Virus record (IMG/VR): IMGVR_UViG_3300017784_008249
Coordinates: 1 to 24,215 of that record
Reading direction: 5' to 3' (one strand)
Length of the DNA: 24,215 nt
Origin: a virus
Lineage: Duplodnaviria > Caudoviricetes
Shown here: positions 7,575-14,604 of the stretch, piece after piece
Layout of the letters: each line of letters begins with the position of its first letter
Position numbering within the stretch: position 1 is the stretch's first letter
Notes under the pieces: generated by a model
Told to the model about the DNA's origin: nothing
Databases searched by the model: none
The model's input: the letters and a program-made list of their open reading frames with translations, nothing else
Position numbers and translations under genes: made by a program

Positions 7575-7826
7575 ATGACGCCGATGATAGCTTTGAAATT
7601 GCTTGCCAAAGCAAATATGCTCCCATTCACAAAAGCTGATTATATGAGTTTTTCAGGTTGCGAAACACCTGATCCGCTCATTGGAGAAATTGACGATTTC
7701 CTCATTATACTTGATGGTAATATTGTCGAAATATATCCTATTGGTGGCGATCAAAACGGTGAACCGCCATTTGTATTCTCATTAATTGAAACAATCGCCG
7801 ATTTTCAATCAAAGTGGTTGTCTTAA
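7575..7826 (+). CDS. Hypothetical early protein
   Basis: TGGAG RBS, ATG 7575 (MTPMIALKLL...), own promoter. Confidence 0.75.
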   Translation: MTPMIALKLLAKANMLPFTKADYMSFSGCETPDPLIGEIDDFLIILDGNIVEIYPIGGDQNGEPPFVFSLIETIADFQSKWLS

Positions 7827-7846
7827 GGCACGAATTGCGTTATTAT
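7818..7846 (+). promoter_or_regulatory. Early promoter cassette
   Basis: TTGTCT-TAAGGCACGAATTGCGT-TATTAT-AAGAATATG. Confidence 0.8.
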
Positions 7847-7875
7847 AAGAATATGATGGTTAATGGAGATTGAAA

Positions 7876-8151
7876 ATGACTGTTCGTTCTAAGAAATATG
7901 AAATCCGGAATTTCATTTTGTCATTGATGGAAGCTGGTGACATGGATTTAGAGATTTTGTCTGAATTGTGCCATAAGAAAGGCAAGAAGCTGGCGACTGC
8001 TAGAATGCAAATCCGTCACTATCGTAAATTGTTTGTTGAGTCCAAGCGGACAAAGATTGTCAAAAACCTGATGACAGGCAAAGATATCGAAATTCTTGCT
8101 TCTACTCCATACGTTTGTAATCCATCGATGGAAGCTTACTGGTCAATGTAA
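7876..8151 (+). CDS. Early protein with a C-terminal KNLMTG...TPxxCxPSxExYWSM motif
   Basis: TGGAG RBS; the C-terminal motif is recognisable from small proteins of large phages; function unknown. Confidence 0.8.
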   Translation: MTVRSKKYEIRNFILSLMEAGDMDLEILSELCHKKGKKLATARMQIRHYRKLFVESKRTKIVKNLMTGKDIEILASTPYVCNPSMEAYWSM

Positions 8152-8159
8152 GATAACTG

Positions 8160-8188
8160 TTGTCCTAAGGCACGAATTGCGTTATTAT
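8160..8188 (+). promoter_or_regulatory. Early promoter cassette (near-exact copy of 7817-7855)
   Basis: TTGTCC-TAAGGCACGAATTGCGT-TATTAT-AAGAATATG; 38/39 identical. Confidence 0.8.
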
Positions 8189-8218
8189 AAGAATATGGTT
8201 GATCAAAAGGAATTAAAT

Positions 8219-8527
8219 ATGCGTAAGAATATTGAGCTGTCCGATCGCGATTTCGAAAATACGGCACGAGCTGTGTGGGTGATGAACAACCAAGCAATGA
8301 TCAATAATGGATGGGACTCATGGCAAGAATTGCTGACATACATGGAGTCGACTGCCTATTCGATGATGCACGATAATACCAGTGTGTCGACTGCAGGATT
8401 TAGTCTTACTGCATATGATAGTTCGTATGATGGTGGTGAAGGTACGTATCGTTCTGTTCGTGCTAGCGTGACACCGTTTACTGCTTTTACGTATCTTAAG
8501 AAGAACAATTTGTTTGAGATAGCATGA
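8219..8527 (+). CDS. Hypothetical early protein (MRKNIELSDRDF...)
   Basis: AAAGGAA RBS before ATG 8219; in-frame ATG at 8195. Confidence 0.75.
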   Translation: MRKNIELSDRDFENTARAVWVMNNQAMINNGWDSWQELLTYMESTAYSMMHDNTSVSTAGFSLTAYDSSYDGGEGTYRSVRASVTPFTAFTYLKKNNLFEIA

Positions 8528-8661
8528 TGATGAAGATCTTTATCGCCGTGGCTGTATTGACTTTTGGACTTTGGTATCTTATCGAAACGAATGAGGAAGC
8601 GATGCGGCTATGCCAAATTGAACATTCATTCGACACGTGTTTTCATTCTCTTAATAGGTAG
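8524..8661 (+). CDS. Small membrane/secreted protein, 45 aa (MMMKIFIAVAVLTFGLWYLIETNEEAMRLCQIEHSFDTCFHSLNR)
   Basis: Read manually; ATGA overlap, N-terminal hydrophobic helix, two Cys. Confidence 0.65.
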   Translation: MMMKIFIAVAVLTFGLWYLIETNEEAMRLCQIEHSFDTCFHSLNR

Positions 8662-8666
8662 TTGGT

Positions 8667-8843
8667 ATGACAATAAGTATGGTAGAAATGGTAAAAGGGT
8701 ACATCCGAGGAGCATTATCGGTAAACTATCCGAAACAGAATATCGAGTGGTTAGACGGTTATAAATCAGCGCTGAGAGATTTGCAACGGTACATTTCCGA
8801 AACAGAAACCACAATCAACGCCAAAAATGATCCGCAAAAATAA
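8667..8843 (+). CDS. Small protein, 58 aa (MTISMVEMVKGYIRGALSVNYPKQNIEWLDGYKSALRDLQRY...)
   Basis: Read manually; follows the previous stop by 5 nt and ends before the next promoter. Confidence 0.6.
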   Translation: MTISMVEMVKGYIRGALSVNYPKQNIEWLDGYKSALRDLQRYISETETTINAKNDPQK

Positions 8844-8866
8844 TTTGGTTTTTTCAATAATAATTG

Positions 8867-8895
8867 TTGCGTTATCCTAGGATTTGCGTTATTAT
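8867..8895 (+). promoter_or_regulatory. Early promoter cassette
   Basis: TTGCGT-17 nt ending TTGCGT-TATTAT-AAGAATAGG. Confidence 0.75.
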
Positions 8896-8925
8896 AAGAA
8901 TAGGATGATAGAAAAGGAAATGAAA

Positions 8926-9372
8926 ATGATTAAGATAACGAAGACTTCGGTAACGCTGTCCACGATGCGCCTGTATAGCGACAAGCCAATGAGTGACGTG
9001 GTTAGCCACATTCTAGAAGCTCAGCATGCAGCTGGTTTCACCGATGTTAGCCTGAAGATTTGTGAAGGTGCATATCGTTGGGCTGTCCGCAAGGGTATGG
9101 CTGCTGGCTCGGTTCCAGCTTCTTCGCGAGTTGCTCGGAAAGTTGCCAAAAAGGCAAAGACAAAAGCACAGGTAATCAAAGAGCTCTCTTCGAAACCAGC
9201 TGAAGAAATCGCTCGCATTCGGGCTGCTAACCTCGCAAAGATGAGAGAAATCTCCAGCCGTTTTGATCAAAAGGTCGTGTCGACGCCAAAGCCAGGATAC
9301 ACTGTGGACCGTAATGATCCGTTTGTGGCTCCGGCTTTCCTCACCAAAGAAGAAGTCATCGCTCTTGTATAA
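8926..9372 (+). CDS. Basic Lys/Ala-rich early protein, possibly nucleic-acid binding
   Basis: AAAGGAAA RBS; ARKVAKKAKTKAQ segment; start at 8920 or 8926. Confidence 0.75.
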   Translation: MIKITKTSVTLSTMRLYSDKPMSDVVSHILEAQHAAGFTDVSLKICEGAYRWAVRKGMAAGSVPASSRVARKVAKKAKTKAQVIKELSSKPAEEIARIRAANLAKMREISSRFDQKVVSTPKPGYTVDRNDPFVAPAFLTKEEVIALV

Positions 9373-9388
9373 TTTGGAGAAGTTCAAA

Positions 9389-9736
9389 ATGCAACCTATT
9401 ACCATTCTGGTGTCAGATGCCCATGGTGTCTATGTACCAATGCAGTTTATCAAAAGCCATGACCTTTCGCTTTGGAATGGTATCGACCAAGAGGATGTCG
9501 ATACCATCATGAAAGGACCAGAGAACGACTACTACTGGGATTCATGGAGCAACATTCTACAGTCCGCGACCTACCAACACAAAGGCGACCAATACTTTCT
9601 GTATCAGGATGGAGATGTATTCGCGATTTGTTACGATACTCTTTCAGAACAAGAGTATTACGATTTTTTCGGTGAAAATCGACTCGATTATCGGCATATG
9701 ATTGAAGTAATGGTAAACGAGAACATTCAACTATAG
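9389..9736 (+). CDS. Acidic phage protein (GVYVP...GP....YWDSW...LYQDGD motifs)
   Basis: TGGAG RBS before ATG 9389. Confidence 0.75.
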   Translation: MQPITILVSDAHGVYVPMQFIKSHDLSLWNGIDQEDVDTIMKGPENDYYWDSWSNILQSATYQHKGDQYFLYQDGDVFAICYDTLSEQEYYDFFGENRLDYRHMIEVMVNENIQL

Positions 9737-9808
9737 GATGTTCTCGGAGAATATCGGAGAATATCTAGCTATAGGATGTTCTCGGAGAATATCTAGCTAT
9801 AGGATGTT
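9731..9808. repeat. About 2.5 tandem copies of a 28-bp quasi-palindromic unit CTATAGGATGTTCTCGGAGAATATCTAG
   Basis: Copies start at 9731, 9769 and 9797, with an extra GGAGAATATC at 9756-9765. Confidence 0.9.
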
Positions 9809-9916
9809 TTTGCTCGGAGCTGGGCTACAAATAAATCTCAAAGCTAGATAAACCCAGCCTAAAAATAATCGATAACTCAAAAAATCTCAAATCAAAAAAA
9901 AACGAGGCTAGGCTAA

Positions 9917-10125
9917 GGGACTCCCCCCTCCCCCTTTACAAAAAGGGACTCCTAGGGTCCCATCTAGGGGTGGCGTAGGGACTCCCCTACTTCATTATCT
10001 CAGCACGGGTCCCCTTTTTAGAGTCCCGCCAAGAAACCCCCGATCCCGATTATAGACGTTCGGGTCCCCTTTTTAGAGTCCCTTCGGGTCCCATATCAGT
10101 ATAAACTCAGAAACGGGTCCCATAT
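9917..10125. repeat. Cluster of GGGACTC/GAGTCCC and GGGTCCC motifs in non-coding DNA (candidate origin or protein-binding array)
   Basis: GGGACTCC at 9917, 9945 and 9978; GGGTCCC at 9955, 10007, 10062, 10086 and 10115; 22-bp exact repeat at 10006-10027 and 10061-10082. Confidence 0.85.
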
Positions 10126-10187
10126 AAGATACTATAAGAAACACTATAATAACTTCTCCTAATAAAATTTTTTCGGAAAACACAAAG

Positions 10188-10388
10188 ATGAGTAAAAGCT
10201 ATTGTAAGAGCATATGTAATTTCGATATTACCGATTACATATGCACTGCATGCGGAAGAACACAGGAAGAAATTACTGAATGGTTTACCGCTACTGAAGA
10301 ACGTAAGGAAGAAATCGCTAAAACTGCTCGTAAAAGAATCAAGATCAAAAAGATAGAAATCATTAAAGGAGAAATTAATAATAACTAA
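10188..10388 (+). CDS. DUF1289-like Cys-rich small protein
   Basis: CxxxC...CxxCGRTxEEIxxW signature. Confidence 0.75.
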   Translation: MSKSYCKSICNFDITDYICTACGRTQEEITEWFTATEERKEEIAKTARKRIKIKKIEIIKGEINNN

Positions 10389-10402
10389 AATTAAAATAAG
10401 TG

Positions 10403-10431
10403 TTGACTTCTTGTTAAAACAGTAGTATAAT
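10403..10431 (+). promoter_or_regulatory. Sigma70-type promoter
   Basis: TTGACT-17 nt-TATAAT. Confidence 0.85.
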
Positions 10432-10486
10432 ATATCTTGTAAGGTTGAAATTAACTCTATTAACTCTCTCAAAAGGAAACTAAATT

Positions 10487-11446
10487 ATGTCTCATGAAAT
10501 TGAATTCGTTGGTGAAAAGGCTCAGATGGCTTATGTTGGTGATACCCCATGGCACGGTCTTGGTGTTAAGGTTCCAGCTGACCTGACTCCAGAACAGATG
10601 CTTGATGCTGCTGGTCTTAATTGGTCTGTCAAAAAGGTTCCTGCATATGCTACGATTGCTGGTGATCAGATTGCTATCGGTAAGTCAGCTCTTGTTCGCT
10701 CTTCTGACAACAGGATTCTTGATGTTGTTTCAGAAGATTGGAACCCTGTACAGAATGCTGAGGCATTTGACTTCTTCAACGAATTTGTTGCAGCTGGTGA
10801 TATGGAGATGCACACTGCTGGTTCTTTAAAGCAGGGTCAGATCATATGGGGTCTTGCAAAGGTTAAGGAATCTTTTGAACTTTTCCATGGCGATCAGATC
10901 GACTCTTACCTTCTTTTCTCTAACTTTCACAAGTATGGGTTTTCGACCGACGTCCGGTTTACTCCGATCCGTGTCGTTTGCAATAACACTCTGACACTTT
11001 CGCTTAATTCTAAGATTGAGCGTATGGCTAAGATCTCTCACCGTAAGGTTTTCGAGCCAGGTAATGTCAAGGAAATGCTCGGCATTGCGGCTGATAAGCT
11101 GGCTAAGTATAAGGAAATGGCTCAGTTCCTCGGCTCTAAGCAGGCAAAGGGTGAAGATATTGTTGATTATTTCTGCCGTATTTTCCCTGTAACTGGCTCG
11201 AACGAAAAGAAAACTAAGGAAATTTCTAAGAGTGCTCAGATTGCAATAGACATTCTTCATACTCAGCCAGGAGCAGAATATGCTGAGGGTACTTGGTGGC
11301 AACCGTTCAATGCTGTAACTTACTTGACGGATCATCTCGTTGGTCGTTCAGCTGATACTCGTCTTACTTCTTCTTGGTACGGTTCTAACAAAACTCTAAA
11401 AACCAAGGCTCTTGAACTTGCTGTTGAAATGGCAGAGGCAGCTTAA
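10487..11446 (+). CDS. DUF932 family phage/plasmid protein
   Basis: PWHGLG, AGLNW.V, VQN.EAF.F, TAGSL..G, TPIRVVCNNTL, GT.W..FNAVT...DH motifs; AAAGGAA RBS. Confidence 0.9.
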   Translation: MSHEIEFVGEKAQMAYVGDTPWHGLGVKVPADLTPEQMLDAAGLNWSVKKVPAYATIAGDQIAIGKSALVRSSDNRILDVVSEDWNPVQNAEAFDFFNEFVAAGDMEMHTAGSLKQGQIIWGLAKVKESFELFHGDQIDSYLLFSNFHKYGFSTDVRFTPIRVVCNNTLTLSLNSKIERMAKISHRKVFEPGNVKEMLGIAADKLAKYKEMAQFLGSKQAKGEDIVDYFCRIFPVTGSNEKKTKEISKSAQIAIDILHTQPGAEYAEGTWWQPFNAVTYLTDHLVGRSADTRLTSSWYGSNKTLKTKALELAVEMAEAA

Positions 11447-11468
11447 TGCTGCTTCTTAGGAGGTTATA

Positions 11469-12017
11469 ATGGTTAAAGAAGATTTACATATGATCAACTC
11501 ATTAATTACCGATACACTTGATTGGCAACCACTAATGAGTTTTGGATCTCGTAATTCAAAAAAAGCTGCAGATAACACAATAAAATACGGAAAATTTGGT
11601 GTTTATCTTGTATCTACAAAAAATAATCTAAGCGAGAATATAATCGATGCAAATATTGGCTATGTAGGTAAAAGCAAAGATATTTTTTCTCGTATATACG
11701 ATATTAGAGGTGGTGATCATGGTGTTCGTAAATATATACACTCTAAAAATATCAACCCCGAAGATGTTTATATTAAACTTCTTTTTACTGAAAAAGAAGG
11801 TGAGTCTTATCTAGAAAGACTTATTCATGAAGAAAATCATGAAAAGTTTGGTTATCGTTTTTCATGGAAAGAAGCTTCTGGTGGAAATGATGGAGCCTTA
11901 ACTAGAATTTTTGCTGATATTGATAAGATTGAAAGCGAAGATGATCTAAAAGAGATTGCTGATTTTATTGAAGAAAAAGCCATCTCTTTATATCGTAATA
12001 ATTGGAGAAATAAATAA
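11469..12017 (+). CDS. GIY-YIG-like nuclease-family protein
   Basis: GVY-x16-YVGKS...R and a downstream LE helix; AGGAGG RBS. Confidence 0.65.
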   Translation: MVKEDLHMINSLITDTLDWQPLMSFGSRNSKKAADNTIKYGKFGVYLVSTKNNLSENIIDANIGYVGKSKDIFSRIYDIRGGDHGVRKYIHSKNINPEDVYIKLLFTEKEGESYLERLIHEENHEKFGYRFSWKEASGGNDGALTRIFADIDKIESEDDLKEIADFIEEKAISLYRNNWRNK

Positions 12018-12018
12018 A

Positions 12019-13125
12019 ATGGTTCGTCGTCAACTGATTACTCGCACTAAGAAAAAGTTTCGTGTGACAAAAAGCGAGACTTGGTTGGTTAATCACAAGT
12101 ATCTTGGCGACGAACCTCTCCTTAAAGATAATTATTCTGCTGCTCAATTTGGAAATGCATTAACTTGGTATAATTACATGTTATCAACCAATGATGCTCG
12201 AGAATATCTTGAAACGTATTTAAAACACAATAATCGTTTATCAGAAGCAAAGAAAATAAAGTCGATACCTGACACATGGATTCCAACAACTGCTGCTTGG
12301 ATTTCTCGCATTATACTACGTGGTACTAATTTGTCTCATAACTCTTTAGAATTTTTAGAAAATTCTTTACAATCAGCTTTTAAAAAGTCTGTACCAGAAA
12401 AAAAAGAAGAGCATAATATTGCTCCTGTTATTTCTATACAAGATCGAATTAAAGAGCGTGTCAACGATATTATTGGTGATATAGAAATTTTGTTGGATAA
12501 AGAAGAAAATTTCAAAATGTATGAATGGTTACAGGTTAATGAAATTCCTGCAATATATGCCAATAAGATTGCTGATTTCTATCAACCGCTAATGGATGAA
12601 TACCTAAGGGTGATCAATGGCGATACAGAAGGGTATGAGCGATACACGAAAAAACAGATGTTTGATAAACAGCAGATGTTAAGTCAGTTACTTAATGATT
12701 GTCGACGATATACTGATACTACTAAAAAAATACGTAAACCTCGTAAACCTAGAGCTATTTCTGTAGAAAAGAAATTAAAATTTTTCAAGTGTCAAAAAGA
12801 AAATTCTAGTTTTAAAATTGCTTCTGTACCTTCTGAGAAAATTATTGGGTGTCAAGAGCTTTGGTTATTTAATACTAAATATAAAACTCTAACAGTGCTC
12901 AGAGCTCTTGATCGTGGTGGTATTCAGATAAAGGGAACAAGCTTCACAGGATATGATGAAAAAAATTCTTTCACAAAAAGAACTGGTCGCAAACCTGAGT
13001 ATTATCTAGACAAAGTTCTTAATTCTGGAAAAATTACACTTCGTAAATTGATGGATGAAATTAAAGGTGAGGTTCAGTTATCATACAGAAGTAATGAAAA
13101 CACTGTTCTTCTTAGAGTTATTTAA
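12019..13125 (+). CDS. Conserved-looking hypothetical protein of large myoviruses, 368 aa
   Basis: Start moved to ATG 12019 (TGGAG RBS); ALxWYNY and LWLFNTKYK...IKGT motifs; function unknown. Confidence 0.8.
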   Translation: MVRRQLITRTKKKFRVTKSETWLVNHKYLGDEPLLKDNYSAAQFGNALTWYNYMLSTNDAREYLETYLKHNNRLSEAKKIKSIPDTWIPTTAAWISRIILRGTNLSHNSLEFLENSLQSAFKKSVPEKKEEHNIAPVISIQDRIKERVNDIIGDIEILLDKEENFKMYEWLQVNEIPAIYANKIADFYQPLMDEYLRVINGDTEGYERYTKKQMFDKQQMLSQLLNDCRRYTDTTKKIRKPRKPRAISVEKKLKFFKCQKENSSFKIASVPSEKIIGCQELWLFNTKYKTLTVLRALDRGGIQIKGTSFTGYDEKNSFTKRTGRKPEYYLDKVLNSGKITLRKLMDEIKGEVQLSYRSNENTVLLRVI

Positions 13126-13164
13126 TAATTTGCGGATGGAAAATTCGCTAAAAATATTGTTGAT

Positions 13165-13487
13165 GAAGGAAAGCAAAAAACGTATTGGACTCGGGGGCAG
13201 TACCCGACGCCTCCACCATGGATACATCTGATCAGGGCTGGCATCCCGCATAAACGTCGAAAGATATGATGCTTAATAACCAACTAGAGATAGTAAATTA
13301 GATGTATCTTTGATGGGGGCGAAATAGGATCGACAAACGTAAAACAGCTAACTGGAGACAATCGGGTGGTCGCGTATAGACCAAAATATAAATGCAAACG
13401 ATAACAATGCATATGGTGCTTACGCTCTAGCAGCGTGAGTCACATGAGCTTCGGGGAGTGTGCTTGGAAACAGAAACACTCCTCACT
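13165..13487 (+). ncRNA. ssrA: Circularly permuted two-piece tmRNA (alphaproteobacterial type); outer ends approximate
   Basis: Acceptor piece GGACTCGGGGGCAGTACCCGACGCCTCCACCA ends at 13218 and lies upstream of the coding piece starting GGGGGCGAAATAGGATCGAC at 13315; tag frame 13394-13438 encodes ANDNNAYGAYALAA-stop. Confidence 0.92.
13444..13487 (+). repeat. 44-bp direct repeat, copy 1 (3' stem of the tmRNA coding piece)
   Basis: ATGAGCTTCGGGGAGTGTGCTTGGAAACAGAAACACTCCTCACT; 43/44 identical to 13743-13786. Confidence 0.95.
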
Positions 13488-13516
13488 ATACACACAAACA
13501 AACACAGGAGACTAAG

Positions 13517-13726
13517 ATGACCAAGACACCTTATGAAATTAGAAATGATCTATTGCATTTTGCACAAAGTCAGCTTGCAAGCCAGTATTATGCTGAATTA
13601 GAACGAGCTCGTGAGATTCGAGACGAAGCAGAGCGTGAAACAGTTATTTCAAAACTTAAATATTTCACAAAAGAAGATATCGTTAAACTTGCAGAAGAAC
13701 TTAAGATCTTTGTAGACTCTAAGTAA
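13517..13726 (+). CDS. Small phage protein, 69 aa (MTKTPYEIR...)
   Basis: CAGGAG RBS before ATG 13517; lies between the two 44-bp repeats. Confidence 0.85.
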   Translation: MTKTPYEIRNDLLHFAQSQLASQYYAELERAREIRDEAERETVISKLKYFTKEDIVKLAEELKIFVDSK

Positions 13727-13742
13727 TAAGATCTTTGCTTAA

Positions 13743-13786
13743 ATGAGTTTCGGGGAGTGTGCTTGGAAACAGAAACACTCCTCACT
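13743..13786 (+). repeat. 44-bp direct repeat, copy 2
   Basis: ATGAGTTTCGGGGAGTGTGCTTGGAAACAGAAACACTCCTCACT. Confidence 0.95.
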
Positions 13787-13801
13787 TAACACATTTTTTT
13801 A

Positions 13802-13830
13802 TTGACTTTTTTCATTTTTTATAGTAGTAT
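13802..13830 (+). promoter_or_regulatory. Promoter for the tRNA/gp33 unit
   Basis: TTGACT-17 nt-TAGTAT-AAGAATA, same downstream motif as the early cassettes. Confidence 0.8.
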
Positions 13831-13842
13831 AAGAATACAGTT

Positions 13843-13919
13843 GATCCCATAGCTCAACTGGATAGAGCAATTGCCTTCTAAGCAATAGGTCGGATGTTCG
13901 AGTCATCCTGGGATCGCCA
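13843..13919 (+). tRNA. tRNA-Arg (anticodon UCU)
   Basis: Acceptor GATCCCA/TGGGATC, D arm GCTC/GAGC, anticodon arm ATTGC-CTTCTAA-GCAAT, T loop TTCGAGT, encoded CCA. Confidence 0.97.
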
Positions 13920-13943
13920 TCTTAATAATAAGAGGTTATAATA

Positions 13944-14162
13944 ATGAGTGCAAAAAATTTGTTTGTTGAAGAAATAGAAAAATTATGTATAGAAAAAAAT
14001 ATAGAATATATTGATGCTGTTGTAATTTGGTGTGAGAAAAACAATCTAGAAATAGAAACTGCCGCATATTGGATAAAAAAAGATCCAACAATGAAATCTA
14101 AAATTCAAGCAGAAGCAGAAAATCTTAAAATTTTAAAAAGTGGTGCAAAACTTCCGATATAA
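13944..14162 (+). CDS. gp33: Late transcription coactivator, T4 gp33-like
   Basis: F..EIE.......YIDA....CE.N.LE.E...K.KI..EAE.L.IL.....LPI pattern; syntenic with gp59/gp32. Confidence 0.88.
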   Translation: MSAKNLFVEEIEKLCIEKNIEYIDAVVIWCEKNNLEIETAAYWIKKDPTMKSKIQAEAENLKILKSGAKLPI

Positions 14163-14164
14163 AA

Positions 14165-14602
14165 ATGAAATTAACTTCTAAAGGAATACCAAAAAATATA
14201 GACAAACAAACTTGCAAAAAAGCAATGTTTTTTTACGCTCAGAAATTGCTTTCAAAAAGATTAAAAAATTCATTACAAATACACATTGAATTTATAGAAC
14301 TATCAGAAAATGAATTTGGTTACTGTAATGTTGAAGATGACAAAAATAAATCATTTTTAATTTCTATTAATAGAGATTTAACATACGAAAAAACATTAAT
14401 ATACATTGCTCATGAAATGATACATGTTAAACAATATGCTAAAAATGAACTTAAAGATTATGTATATAATGATAAAATTAGATTTAGAAAAGAAATATTT
14501 GATAAAAATCGTATAAGTTATTGGCAAAGTCCTTGGGAAAAAGAAGCCAGAAAAAATGAAAAAAAACTTTACATGTCTTTTATCAAAAATAAAGAAAATT
14601 AA
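14165..14602 (+). CDS. HEXXH zinc metallopeptidase-like protein
   Basis: IAHEMIHVKQY and Y...PWEKEA motifs. Confidence 0.75.
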   Translation: MKLTSKGIPKNIDKQTCKKAMFFYAQKLLSKRLKNSLQIHIEFIELSENEFGYCNVEDDKNKSFLISINRDLTYEKTLIYIAHEMIHVKQYAKNELKDYVYNDKIRFRKEIFDKNRISYWQSPWEKEARKNEKKLYMSFIKNKEN

Positions 14603-14604
14603 CT

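Noticed and set aside
8564-8814. ORF-track calls 8564-8764(+) and 8626-8814(-)
   Set aside because: Better explained by two shorter coupled ORFs, 8524-8661 and 8667-8843
10107-11335. Minus-strand ORFs 10107-10472 and 10826-11335, and similar shadow ORFs elsewhere
   Set aside because: Antisense or out-of-frame shadows of well-supported genes
13228-13265. Hammerhead ribozyme or group I intron in the tmRNA intervening segment
   Set aside because: CTGATCA is not CUGANGA, the stems around GAAA do not fit the hammerhead topology, and the segment is too short for a group I core
13444-13786. Integrated prophage or IS element with att sites
   Set aside because: No integrase or transposase and only about 255 bp between the repeats; kept as a repeat-flanked cassette only
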